A DNA stretch of 64,000 nt, from NCBI GenBank assembly GCA_963801605.1, contig CAWDFP010000006.1, positions 768,879-832,878 of the forward strand, read 5' to 3'. A program made the translations under genes and the position numbers. This document shows positions 1 through 8,715 of this stretch, piece by piece; position 1 is the stretch's first letter; each line of letters starts with the position of its first letter. The notes under the pieces are model-generated. The model saw only the letters and a list, made by a program, of their open reading frames with translations, made no database searches and had not been told where the DNA came from. Source of the stretch: an uncultured candidate division Zixibacteria bacterium (GTDB lineage: Bacteria > Zixibacteria > MSB-5A5 > UBA10806).

Positions 1-791
1 TATCCGTAAGAATCCGCGATGACTTTGGCGGCGTCAAGAAGATCGACATCGCGAGGATTAAATTTTTGGAAATATTTGCCAGACATCCAGCGCTGCACAT
101 ATATATCGGGAAGGTGACGCTTGAGGTTGGATTCGGTGATGAACAACGCCGTCAGGCTTGAATGCAGGCCTTTAATGGATTTACCTGTACCATCGATTAC
201 GTCATTTCCCATCGAAAGCAGGGTTACATTTTTCGGCATATCCAAGCCGTAAATATCGCAATGTTTTTCTTTTCCAAATAGCGCCCCTACCGCGATTGTA
301 GGGTTACCGCCGGCTTCTTTACCTGGTTTGATTCGAACGCCTTCGGTTATTGTCGATTCAATTAGGACTTCTTCTCCCAAGGGCAGTGTCTCGGTTGTTA
401 CTTGCAGCACTTCAGACATCACCTGGGCTGCCGTCCGGTCGTTATCTCGTTTGAGACGATCGGCCAGGCCATCGGATTGCTGATCTTTAGGGTACTTGTT
501 TAAGGCACCCCGCCCATGCAGGCTAACCGATACTGCCGCCAGGGCCGCGGACAGAACAACCGATTGCCGCATCTTCCGATTACGAAGTACACCCAGATTT
601 GACCTGTTATTAACCTTGTCGCTGATATTTATGATGCGGCAGGATCCCAGCGAGAGATCATAATTGGCTAATGCCCATTTATGGCGATGATTAAATTCGA
701 TAATGCGATCCTGGTCGAATACCAGTTCTTCGTGCTTCCCCTGGTAAGAAAGCCGTCTTTCCGCGATGTTCATTCGTAAATCGCTTTTCAT
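1..791 (-). CDS. GlpX-like (class II fructose-1,6-bisphosphatase family) protein; 3' end runs off the window
   Basis: Absent from the ORF track because no stop lies in the window. My translation from ATG 791-789 (RBS GAGGTGA just upstream) stays open to position 1: MKSDLRMNIAERR...SAALAAVSVSLHGRG...LLSMGNDVIDGTGKSIKG...LPDIYVQRWMSG. These blocks parallel GlpX (AAL..GRGDK, DPIDGT, PDMY). The ~75-aa N-terminal extension is atypical. Confidence 0.45.
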   Translation of the reverse strand, partial: MKSDLRMNIAERRLSYQGKHEELVFDQDRIIEFNHRHKWALANYDLSLGSCRIINISDKVNNRSNLGVLRNRKMRQSVVLSAALAAVSVSLHGRGALNKYPKDQQSDGLADRLKRDNDRTAAQVMSEVLQVTTETLPLGEEVLIESTITEGVRIKPGKEAGGNPTIAVGALFGKEKHCDIYGLDMPKNVTLLSMGNDVIDGTGKSIKGLHSSLTALFITESNLKRHLPDIYVQRWMSGKYFQKFNPRDVDLLDAAKVIADSYG

Positions 792-1142
792 GGTCTCACC
801 TCAATTACAGCGGAATGATCTGTTCCGCAAGTTTGCTTTCCCCCCGCTTAAATCAAGCGAAATTTATGTTCCTCAAAATCTTAAACCAAATTTGCCGAAA
901 ATTCAACAATAATCATTTTACATCCTGGGGATGAAAAATTTCCCATCCCCGGCAGGCAGCTTGGTTCAATATAAAATGAACGGGTTGAATCGTCCACTTC
1001 ATTCTTGCCAAGAAGCCGTACTTCGTATAGGCACATATATCAATTGAATTTGTACCATGGCCTTATGTCAAATTAGAAAATTGGGGAGACACTGGCATGT
1101 TTTAAATTAAAAAAAGCCATCGTATCCCCCTCTAAACGACGG

Positions 1143-1221
1143 CCAAAAGGTGGGAGGGTTCCCGAGTCGAGAACGTCATTCCCCCTTGGGTCTCGAGTGC
1201 CAAATCCTCGGGAACGCCCAC
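1143..1221 (-). terminator. Long imperfect hairpin downstream of the PAS-LuxR gene; possible intrinsic terminator or structured RNA
   Basis: Nested complementary arms GTGGG-AGG-GTTCCCGAG-TCGAGA (1150-1172) and TCTCGA...CTCGGGAAC-G-CCCAC (1191-1221). Read on the minus strand, the hairpin is followed by CUUUUGG. With only four U it is weak as a terminator. Confidence 0.3.
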
Positions 1222-1296
1222 GAGGGTAATAAGGGATATTATAAGGATTGCGCAATACGACAACTTATAGCTATTTTTACGTATATCAACGTGCCG

Positions 1297-2184
1297 TCAA
1301 TTACTTCTTAAATACGTAGATAAATTGACGTCTTTTTTTACCAAAATCAGCTTTTTCCTGATCCTCTCGCGATGCTTGTTTACGGTAAGCACCGAAATAT
1401 CAAGGGCTTTGGCAACCTCTTTGGAAGTAGCGCCACCTTTTAGCAGATTACAGATATCTACCTCTCGGGGGGTAAGTTTTCCGTACGCATGCGCTATTCC
1501 TCCGGCCTCAGCCGCCATCTTCGCCAGGTCATCCTGAAGAGCATCTAAATGGTCTTTCGATAGTGTACCATCCTCGTTGACCAGTCTTTCAAGATTCGGC
1601 GCTAACACCTGATCGATAGTCTCGGCAATTTGCTTTCTATACTTGAGTTTCTCTTCTTCCAGATGGGCAAGTACCTGATTTAGGGCCGTGTTCTTTTCTT
1701 TATAGGCAAGCTCGGATCGTTTTTGTTCAGTTATATCCCTAAAACTGGCCAGAAGCAGACTTTCGCCTTTTGATCTATGAATCGTGGCGCCGACCTCGGT
1801 ATAAATGAGTTTGTCATCCTTGCCTACTAACGGAATTTCACCATTATAATCCATGGAGCTTGCTAGGGATTTGGTGATTTCAGAACGAAACTTATTCCAC
1901 TTCTCTTTGGAAATATAGTCCCCCAAGTCGAAGCCAACCAACTGACTATCATCATAACCAAGCATTTTACAGGCGGCTTGATTCACAGCGGCTATTTTAA
2001 TTTTGTCATCTATGAGAATTATGGGTGCCAGAACCCTATCGAAAAGGAGCCGATAATTACCCTCGGATTCCTTCGTTTTTCTGCTGTGCATCACCATACT
2101 AAGCATGATGACCCCAGCCAATATCAGAAAAAGGACCATAATGGAGACTATGCTCCAGACCATCTCTATTGCCGACATTTGCAT
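1297..2184 (-). CDS. Membrane-anchored PAS-domain transcriptional regulator with LuxR/GerE-type HTH
   Basis: N-terminal TM helix (IVSIMVLFLILAGVIMLSMV). PAS-like core (ILIDDKIKIAAVNQAACKMLGY...FRDITEQKRSE). C-terminal LuxR HTH (LTPREVDICNLLKGGATSKEVAKALDISVLTVNKHRERIRKKL). Confidence 0.8.
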   Translation of the reverse strand: MQMSAIEMVWSIVSIMVLFLILAGVIMLSMVMHSRKTKESEGNYRLLFDRVLAPIILIDDKIKIAAVNQAACKMLGYDDSQLVGFDLGDYISKEKWNKFRSEITKSLASSMDYNGEIPLVGKDDKLIYTEVGATIHRSKGESLLLASFRDITEQKRSELAYKEKNTALNQVLAHLEEEKLKYRKQIAETIDQVLAPNLERLVNEDGTLSKDHLDALQDDLAKMAAEAGGIAHAYGKLTPREVDICNLLKGGATSKEVAKALDISVLTVNKHRERIRKKLILVKKDVNLSTYLRSN

Positions 2185-2831
2185 AAAAATCCTATCGCAA
2201 ATAGTATATATGCCAAAGCATTAACTACTGAAAAGATTCCCCATAAAAGTACCAAATTGTTTTGAGCTATTAAGGGGTAGAATCCAAAATAGGCAAGGCT
2301 TCCGGATGAGTATAATAGCAAACCTGAACAAATCCAAAAGCGCGGATCAAAAATCATTTCTCCACGATCGTCTCTCCTCAAGATAATTAGATTAAACACA
2401 GCAATCAGAGCGTAAATCATACACGCCAGTGAAAGGGCGAAGGAATTCAATTTAGTCATACCGCCAGATAAAACCAAACTGATGAACCAAATGACCGCAA
2501 AGCCGGCAATGCTCCATTTCAGGTACTTCTTTAACTGGATATTATCTTGCCATAACGAAAGAACCGAAACAATAAATGCATATTCAATAGGAACATATAT
2601 GTTGATGAGCCACAAGACGTTAAGGTGTCTGGTGCCGCAGTAGAAGTTGTATGATTCCACGGCGACTGTAACGGCAAATAGCCAAGCCAGAAGCCTGAAG
2701 GTTCGGTCAAGGTGGGGATATCTGTATACTCCGGCTGCAAAGGGGATCAGCGGAGAAAAGGAGGACACGAAATGAAGGAAGTGCACCTGCCCCGCCCTTA
2801 AGATTTGATAAGTGGGCTGTTCATATCGCAA
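2166..2831 (-). CDS. Polytopic (about 7 TM) membrane protein of unknown function
   Basis: 221-aa ORF with about seven hydrophobic segments (e.g. FRLLAWLFAVTVAVESY, LWLINIYVPIEYAFIVSVLSLW, LVLLWGIFSVVNALAYILFAIGFL). It overlaps both neighbours, by 19 nt and 34 nt, which suggests an operon with the LuxR regulator. Confidence 0.55.
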   Translation of the reverse strand: MRYEQPTYQILRAGQVHFLHFVSSFSPLIPFAAGVYRYPHLDRTFRLLAWLFAVTVAVESYNFYCGTRHLNVLWLINIYVPIEYAFIVSVLSLWQDNIQLKKYLKWSIAGFAVIWFISLVLSGGMTKLNSFALSLACMIYALIAVFNLIILRRDDRGEMIFDPRFWICSGLLLYSSGSLAYFGFYPLIAQNNLVLLWGIFSVVNALAYILFAIGFLCKCRQ

Positions 2832-3115
2832 AAAGGAGGGCAGGGAGTTGCTACTTCAGCGAGCTCGCCTTCGTAAATATCCTTTTCATCTTTCGTGGCG
2901 CCGACCAAAATGAAGCACTCTTCATTGTTGCTCTTTTCCCCCAGGTAAATCCTTATACCAACGCAGTTTTCCTGATCTATCAATTTTTGAATGGTTGCTT
3001 TTCCAAAAAATCCAGCTAATAATGTCCCTGATGGTACCGATTCTCTGTATCTTTTGGTCAACTCGATAGCTTCCATCAGGCTGATACGATGATCCTCAGC
3101 TCCCGTAAATGACAT
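2798..3115 (-). CDS. Small soluble hypothetical protein (105 aa), first gene of the 7TM/PAS-LuxR operon
   Basis: ORF with a GGAGG-like RBS (plus strand cctcc at 3121-3125). No TM segment. C-terminal CPPFC pair. I recognise no family. Confidence 0.45.
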   Translation of the reverse strand: MSFTGAEDHRISLMEAIELTKRYRESVPSGTLLAGFFGKATIQKLIDQENCVGIRIYLGEKSNNEECFILVGATKDEKDIYEGELAEVATPCPPFCDMNSPLIKS

Positions 3116-3615
3116 TGAACCTCCTTGCCGCCGATTTTAATATCAAATTCTGAATCAACTTTAGACGTTATCTATTAACAAAAAGTTAATTGGTAAACAG
3201 AATTAGTTATTCCTTAGGGTTCTTTAGCTTTTTGGTTTTAGTTTCATCGAGCCACGGGTTTTTGATCTTTGCCCGGCTAACAAAATCGGTTAAAAATAAT
3301 TTTAATATTGGTCACAATATAGCATCTTAATGTTTCCGGTCAAGTTTTTTTAGGGGAGTCTTAGACGTAAAGCGTACCTAATGCCAAATATTAAAAAAAC
3401 GATTCCGTTGATACATAATAAGTTAGCTTTTTATTTTGCGTAATAGGCCGTACGTAATAATAGCTATATCTTGTCGCATTGACTTTTTTCCCGGAAGAGG
3501 CTATCTACTTTCGCGTACGACGTAAGTTTTGTAATGCGGACGCAAGAGATTTGTATAAAATGCGCCTGACGAATGACTATTGAGTCGTTTGCAAATTAGT
3601 GATGCCAAAAATCAG

Positions 3616-3679
3616 AGGCGCCGATCAACCCCAGTATCCCAACCGCAAATAATTGATCGGCGCCTTTTGAGCATTTTTT
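3616..3679. terminator. Orphan terminator-like hairpin in the 930-bp divergent intergenic region
   Basis: Perfect 13-bp stem AGGCGCCGATCAA (3616-3628) / TTGATCGGCGCCT (3653-3665) with a 24-nt loop. It is followed by TTTGAGCATTTTTTG on + and by CTGATTTTTGG on -. No annotated gene ends here. Confidence 0.35.
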
Positions 3680-3906
3680 GCCAAATAACTGTTTTTTCCA
3701 ATTCCTGCCACACCTTTAAGATCTTATTTACACAATCGCCAACCTACTTTCAAAATTTTTAATTATTAGTGGAATAAGGCAATTAAATATTGTAAAAATG
3801 GGAATTAATAAGAAATTGATCGTTATTGCGGCTAATCTTAAAAACCTGTAAAATTATTCAGATACTTGGTTTTTGCACCCACTTATTATGATTTTTCACA
3901 ACAAGT

Positions 3907-3936
3907 TTGACTAAAATCTGTGTTGTATGTTAATAT
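3907..3936 (+). promoter_or_regulatory. Candidate sigma70-type promoter of the cytochrome cluster
   Basis: TTGACT (3907-3912), then TG-T-TAATAT (3928-3936), an extended -10 with an 18-nt spacer. It lies about 110 nt upstream of the first gene (GTG 4049). Confidence 0.35.
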
Positions 3937-4048
3937 AGAGGCATTAAGGGAACCTGGTGATTGGTTCTACTTTATGATTTGCGTCATATTTCCCTTGACG
4001 GAGCTGATAATGATGTTTAGTATAGTTATCAAATATTTGGAGGCGATT

Positions 4049-4510
4049 GTGAAGGTATTCACATCAGCTAAATTTCCTTTACTTCTTGCTCTTCTTACTG
4101 CGCTTCTGACCTTATCATGCGAAACCGAGGTTAAGGAGTTAACTATCAGGGTAACAAGTCGTATGTACTCTAATTTCGAAGAAGAGCATAAGGTCAAGAT
4201 GTACGAAAAATTTCAGATATCCGATACTGATCTTGAGGCCGTGGCGGTTGAATTCTATCCTGATTTCGATCTCGATACCCTGACGTTTAAGGCTTATTCC
4301 AAATCGGATACGTTAAATAATCCTGCCGTCAAGATTCTGATCATCAAAGGAAATGAGAAAAAAGAGGAAGCCTGGGCGTTTTTGCCGGGGCTGGTTCCGC
4401 ATTTCTCACCTCGTTCTTTTATTGGTTTTGAACTGATGGATTACAAAACTGGCAAGAAATATATAAAGCCGCTAAAACCCAGTCCTGAAAAAGGGAAGGA
4501 AAATGAATAA
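4049..4510 (+). CDS. Lipoprotein of unknown function, first gene of the cytochrome cluster
   Basis: GGAGG at 4039-4043, 5 nt before an in-frame GTG at 4049. N-terminus VKVFTSAKFPLLLALLTALLTLSC has a signal peptide plus a lipobox-like LSC. The track start at 3920 lies inside the putative promoter. The stop overlaps the next gene's start (ATGAATAA). Confidence 0.6.
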   Translation: MKVFTSAKFPLLLALLTALLTLSCETEVKELTIRVTSRMYSNFEEEHKVKMYEKFQISDTDLEAVAVEFYPDFDLDTLTFKAYSKSDTLNNPAVKILIIKGNEKKEEAWAFLPGLVPHFSPRSFIGFELMDYKTGKKYIKPLKPSPEKGKENE

Positions 4511-7500
4511 AAGGCTACTAATCTGCATTGCGCTTCTATTTTGTTTTGGATCATCCTCCCTTTACGCGAAGCAAAAGGAATGTTACGATTGCCATCAAAA
4601 GGCAAAAAAAACCTTCGATTCGTATAAATATTCGCACGAACCTGTCAAAAGCAAAGATTGTGCGGCCTGTCATGATTCGCATGGATTTTCGCAAAAGCTT
4701 GTTCTGAAGGCATACGATAACAGCATTTGCACCAAATGCCACAAGGAATTTGCGGCGGGCTATCCTCCCAGCACGGCAACTTATGTTCATCAGCCTATGA
4801 AAGATCGCGTTTGTTGGTCTTGTCATGAGCCTCACGGCAGTAATCTTCCATCGCTGGTGCGGGTGGTAAATGACACTTTGGTTTGCTTTATATGCCATGA
4901 CGACGTAGGCAATCTTCAAAAAAAGACAGTGGTACATGAGCCATTCGCAAAAAATCAATGTTCGGCCTGCCACAGTGCACATGACAGTCAAGTCGCAGGG
5001 CTTCTAAATAAAAATCAAAAGGAGCTATGCGCCGGATGTCACAGCTTAACCGATAAAGATTATTTGGCTAAACACTCAGTTACGGGTATCGATAAAATCG
5101 ATTGTGTTACTTGTCACAATCCTCATGCCTCCGACAAACCAGGCCTGATCGATCCACTGGCACATGCTCCGATGGTAGAGGGTAGTTGCGAAAGTTGCCA
5201 TAGTAATTTGGCCGCGGGAGATACCACAATTTCGACCACGCCCGGCGAACTATGTGTTACCTGCCATGATGATATTGGCAAGAAAATGGCCATGGCAACG
5301 CCTCATCCGCCGGCGGCGGGCGGAGAATGTCTAACCTGTCATTCGGCTCATAAGGGTAAAGAAAAATCGTTATTAGTATCCAAGCCCGGCGAACTATGCC
5401 TGGGATGTCATACCGAGTTCGCCGACACGTTAAAACTCGAAGGTGTCCATACTGCATTAAGAAATGGCGACTGCAATCTTTGTCATGATTCTCACGGTTC
5501 TCCCAATAAAAGCCTGGTTAAGGATACATCGGATAAACTCTGTCTCGATTGCCATACCGCCCTCAGGGATTCGATGTCTGTTGCAAAGACTCCTCATCCT
5601 GCCGTGGAGACCAAGGGATGTCTCGGTTGCCATCAACCGCATTATTCCAAAAAGATGCCCCTTTTGGTTGATGACGAGAAGCTGATTTGCTTACAATGCC
5701 ATGACAATCTTAAAGAAGAGAGCAAGGCCGGAACGGTTCATATTCCGTTTATGTCGGGGCAATGCGGAGCCTGCCATAATCCGCATGGTTCATCCCAGCC
5801 TAATATGTTTCGGTCAAGCGTACCGGCCGTTTGCGGGCGGTGCCACAATGACGTTATCCAGACTCTCTCTTTGCCGTCAACACACCCGCCTGCCAAAGAG
5901 GGTGAATGCCTTTCATGCCACAAACCGCACTCATCAGATTTTGCCAGGCTTTTAAAGGCAAATGAAAGTCAAAGCTGTGCCGAGTGCCATGGCGATCTGG
6001 ATGGTAAGCTCGCCGTAAAGAATCTTCATACGCCTGTTAAGAATGGCCAATGTACAGCTTGCCATAATCCTCATGGCGCCAAAGAGGCAAAGCTTCTGCC
6101 TGCAAGCGGGAAAGATCTTTGTTTATCATGTCATAAGGATAAAGCGGAAGAGCTGAAAAAAGCAGTGGTGCACCAGCCGGTCAAAGACGGGGAGTGTACC
6201 ACCTGTCATTTAGCGCATGGATCAAATGAGCGTAATAATCTTATTAAACCTGTCGCCGAGCTCTGTCAGGGTTGCCATGATCCCAGTATCGATAAAATTA
6301 AAACAGCCCACGGCGGATATGTTGTCCGAGGTTCCAACTGCGTTACCTGCCATAATCCTCATGCCTCCGATCAACCGAAACTCGTTAATAAAGTTCAACA
6401 TGCACCGTTTGCGGAAAAAAGCTGCGATTCGTGCCATAAAGGTTTAGGCGAGGGCGGCAAGGTACAGTTAGTGGCTGAAGGCGACGCTTTATGCGCTCAA
6501 TGCCACGATGAAGTCGGCAAAATTATGGGGCAGCCGAATATTCACACGCCGATTAAAATGGGCCAGGGATGTATAAGCTGTCATGATCCGCATGCCTCGC
6601 GAAACGAGAAGATGCTTATTGATAAGGTCCCGACGCTCTGCTACAATTGCCACAGCGATTTACAAACGAAATTCGAATCCGATAAAGCCCACTCGCCTGT
6701 TAAAGATGGCAACTGTTTAGCCTGCCATGAAAAACACAGTGGTCCAAACAAGGGACTTCTGATTACCAAGAGCACACAACTCTGTTATAGCTGCCACACA
6801 AAAGAAAAAGAAAAGTTTACTAAAGAGGTAGCTCACAAGCCGGTGGCCGAGGGAAATTGTTTCCAGTGTCACGATGCTCATTCTACCGATAACAATTTTA
6901 TGTTAGTAAAGCCTGAAAGCAAGCTCTGCGTAACCTGTCATTCACTGACCACGCCGGCGTTTCAGCAAGCTCATCATAATTTCCCGATGGAGACCGCCGA
7001 ATGCGCCAAGTGCCATGATCCTCATTCAACTCCGAAAGGATCGGTCGCGCTGCTTTATCCTGATCAGCATAGTCCTTTTAAGATTCGAAACTGTAATGCC
7101 TGCCATGTATCTAACAAGAGTTTCGCCACGATAAAGAGCGGTAAAGAGCTTTGCCTACAATGTCACACCAAGTCGGATGCCCTCTTTGCCAAGAAAAATG
7201 TGCACAAGGCGGTTTCGATGCCGGGCGAATGTGTCAACTGCCATTCGCCGCATACAGGATTTTCCGCAAATATCCTGTCAAAGCCGGCGGGGGATGTCTG
7301 TTTTAATTGTCACAAAAAGGCGGAATTCGAGGGTAAATTCAAACACAAACCGGCTACCGAGAACTGCTCCATTTGTCATGAAGTGCATTCATCGGATAAC
7401 GCCAGCCTTTTAAATGGTGATGATGAGATAAAGCTCTGTCTTAAGTGCCATAACGCCGATAAAACGCACATGCATCCCATGGGCAAGGATTATAAGGATC

Positions 7501-7619
7501 CGCGTAACGGGGAAAGGTTAGTCTGTACAAGTTGCCATTCGCCGCATTCGAGTAATTTTGAAAATATCCTGATGGCCGATAAACAGAGGGAGCTTTGTGT
7601 GGCCTGCCATGCTCTGTAA
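4503..7619 (+). CDS. Giant multihaem c-type cytochrome, 42 CXXCH motifs (doubled-CXXCH / c7-polymer-like)
   Basis: Signal peptide MNKRLLICIALLFCFGSSSLYA. I count 42 CXXCH in 1038 aa, about one per 25 aa. They alternate regularly between LCxxCH(D/T/S) and (E/D/N/Q)CxxCHxPH(G/S/A) units. Confidence 0.95.
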   Translation: MNKRLLICIALLFCFGSSSLYAKQKECYDCHQKAKKTFDSYKYSHEPVKSKDCAACHDSHGFSQKLVLKAYDNSICTKCHKEFAAGYPPSTATYVHQPMKDRVCWSCHEPHGSNLPSLVRVVNDTLVCFICHDDVGNLQKKTVVHEPFAKNQCSACHSAHDSQVAGLLNKNQKELCAGCHSLTDKDYLAKHSVTGIDKIDCVTCHNPHASDKPGLIDPLAHAPMVEGSCESCHSNLAAGDTTISTTPGELCVTCHDDIGKKMAMATPHPPAAGGECLTCHSAHKGKEKSLLVSKPGELCLGCHTEFADTLKLEGVHTALRNGDCNLCHDSHGSPNKSLVKDTSDKLCLDCHTALRDSMSVAKTPHPAVETKGCLGCHQPHYSKKMPLLVDDEKLICLQCHDNLKEESKAGTVHIPFMSGQCGACHNPHGSSQPNMFRSSVPAVCGRCHNDVIQTLSLPSTHPPAKEGECLSCHKPHSSDFARLLKANESQSCAECHGDLDGKLAVKNLHTPVKNGQCTACHNPHGAKEAKLLPASGKDLCLSCHKDKAEELKKAVVHQPVKDGECTTCHLAHGSNERNNLIKPVAELCQGCHDPSIDKIKTAHGGYVVRGSNCVTCHNPHASDQPKLVNKVQHAPFAEKSCDSCHKGLGEGGKVQLVAEGDALCAQCHDEVGKIMGQPNIHTPIKMGQGCISCHDPHASRNEKMLIDKVPTLCYNCHSDLQTKFESDKAHSPVKDGNCLACHEKHSGPNKGLLITKSTQLCYSCHTKEKEKFTKEVAHKPVAEGNCFQCHDAHSTDNNFMLVKPESKLCVTCHSLTTPAFQQAHHNFPMETAECAKCHDPHSTPKGSVALLYPDQHSPFKIRNCNACHVSNKSFATIKSGKELCLQCHTKSDALFAKKNVHKAVSMPGECVNCHSPHTGFSANILSKPAGDVCFNCHKKAEFEGKFKHKPATENCSICHEVHSSDNASLLNGDDEIKLCLKCHNADKTHMHPMGKDYKDPRNGERLVCTSCHSPHSSNFENILMADKQRELCVACHAL

Positions 7620-7625
7620 ACGCTA

Positions 7626-8153
7626 ATGCCCAATAGACGCCATCAAATCTTCGTAAGAGGAGGAGACCACCGCGGGCTGCTGGTGGGATCGATTATCCTG
7701 ATTCTTGTCCTGGTAGTAGTGGCATCAGGCTTGTTTTATATTTTAGCGAACAGAAATTTGGAACAGGCCACTTACCGGGCACATTTCGAGACTTTGCGGA
7801 ACACAATGCAACTGCTTCTTCCCTGGCTTCTGATAGTAAATATAATCGCGCTGATTATAGTGATAATTCTGGCTCTGTTTTTCACTCACAAGATCGCCGG
7901 ACCGGCATACCATCTAATTGTTGATCTCAAAAAGGTTAAGGATGGGGATCTAACGGTGAGAACTGCATTTCGTAAAGGTGACCGCCTCAAGGAGGTAGCA
8001 TCTGCAATGTCTGAAACGACCGAGAATCTGCGTTTAATCGTTGCGGATATTAAAAATGATGTTGCCAATATTTCGGAAGTTTGCGGAGACGAGAAAACCG
8101 TTAAGGAGAAACTCGAAAATCTCAATAGGACTTTGGGCAAATTAAAAACCTGA
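7626..8153 (+). CDS. Two-TM membrane protein with a HAMP domain and short coiled coil, no output domain
   Basis: TM1 LLVGSIILILVLVVVASGLFYIL and TM2 LLPWLLIVNIIALIIVIILALFF, followed by a HAMP-like segment THKIAGPAYHLIVDLKKVKDGDLTVRTAFRKGDRLKEVASAMSETTENL. Its stop overlaps the next start (TGATG). Confidence 0.65.
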   Translation: MPNRRHQIFVRGGDHRGLLVGSIILILVLVVVASGLFYILANRNLEQATYRAHFETLRNTMQLLLPWLLIVNIIALIIVIILALFFTHKIAGPAYHLIVDLKKVKDGDLTVRTAFRKGDRLKEVASAMSETTENLRLIVADIKNDVANISEVCGDEKTVKEKLENLNRTLGKLKT

Positions 8154-8708
8154 TGTGGCTGGTATTATTAGCCGTTTTGATGGCGGTAAATGAAAATTCA
8201 ATTTCGCCGAATATTATGGCGGAGAATATTATCGGCCATACGGGGACGGTATTTCGGGAAAACGCCGGTTTGAAATCGGATAGCTGTACCATCTGTCACA
8301 ATGACGGGGGATTTGATTTGAGCGCGACCACCAACCAACTCTGTTACCACTGCCATGACGATGTCGAATCCAAATCACTAAAGAGGTTCAAGCATACGGA
8401 CGTTGTTAACCCCCAATATCCCGAGCGTAAGTTGCGAGGGATGCCATAAGCTTCACAAAGCAGGCGCGAGACCGTTACTGACTCAAAACGAAATGGAGCT
8501 TTGCCAGGGCTGCCATCCGGAAACAAAGCAATACCTATCTCATCCGGTTGTAACCGGCTTACAGGGACAGACGATTACCGGGAGCGATGGGCGAGTTATT
8601 ACCTGTGCATCACATTGTCATGATGTTCACGGCACGGACAATAAATATTTCTGCAAATTGGAGCCGGGGCGAGAATTGTGTATTTCATGCCATAAGGATT
8701 TTGAGTAA
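8153..8708 (+). CDS. Small multihaem cytochrome (5 CXXCH + 1 CX3CH); frame broken at a C5 run (fragments 8153-8449 and 8403-8708)
   Basis: Fragment 1 carries CTICH and CYHCH. Fragment 2 carries CEGCH, CQGCH, CASHCH and CISCH. Removing one C from CCCCC (8410-8414) gives a continuous ...KHTDVVNPNIPSVSCEGCHKLH... The C-terminus parallels that of the 42-haem protein. Confidence 0.8.
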
Positions 8709-8715
8709 GATCGAT

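Noticed and set aside
1073-1255. 60-aa minus-strand ORF (MRNPYNIPYYPRGRSRGFG...)
   Set aside because: It is Arg/Gly/Pro-rich and low in complexity. It coincides with the GC-rich hairpin region, so it is more likely RNA structure than coding.
3580-3762. 60-aa ORF spanning the orphan hairpin
   Set aside because: No RBS. It reads straight through a 13-bp palindromic stem, and its composition is unlike the neighbouring genes.
3920-4048. Upstream extension of the first cluster ORF (track start at 3920, MLYVNIEALREPGDW...)
   Set aside because: The extension starts inside the candidate promoter, has no RBS and encodes no signal. The in-frame GTG at 4049 has GGAGG at the ideal distance and yields a clean lipoprotein signal peptide.
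4551-7413. Antisense and off-frame ORFs inside the 42-haem cytochrome gene (e.g. 4551-4991, 5257-5457, 5464-5685, 5701-5955, 6217-6447, 7177-7413)
   Set aside because: They overlap a gene with overwhelming motif support. Their low-complexity translations are typical of shadow ORFs.
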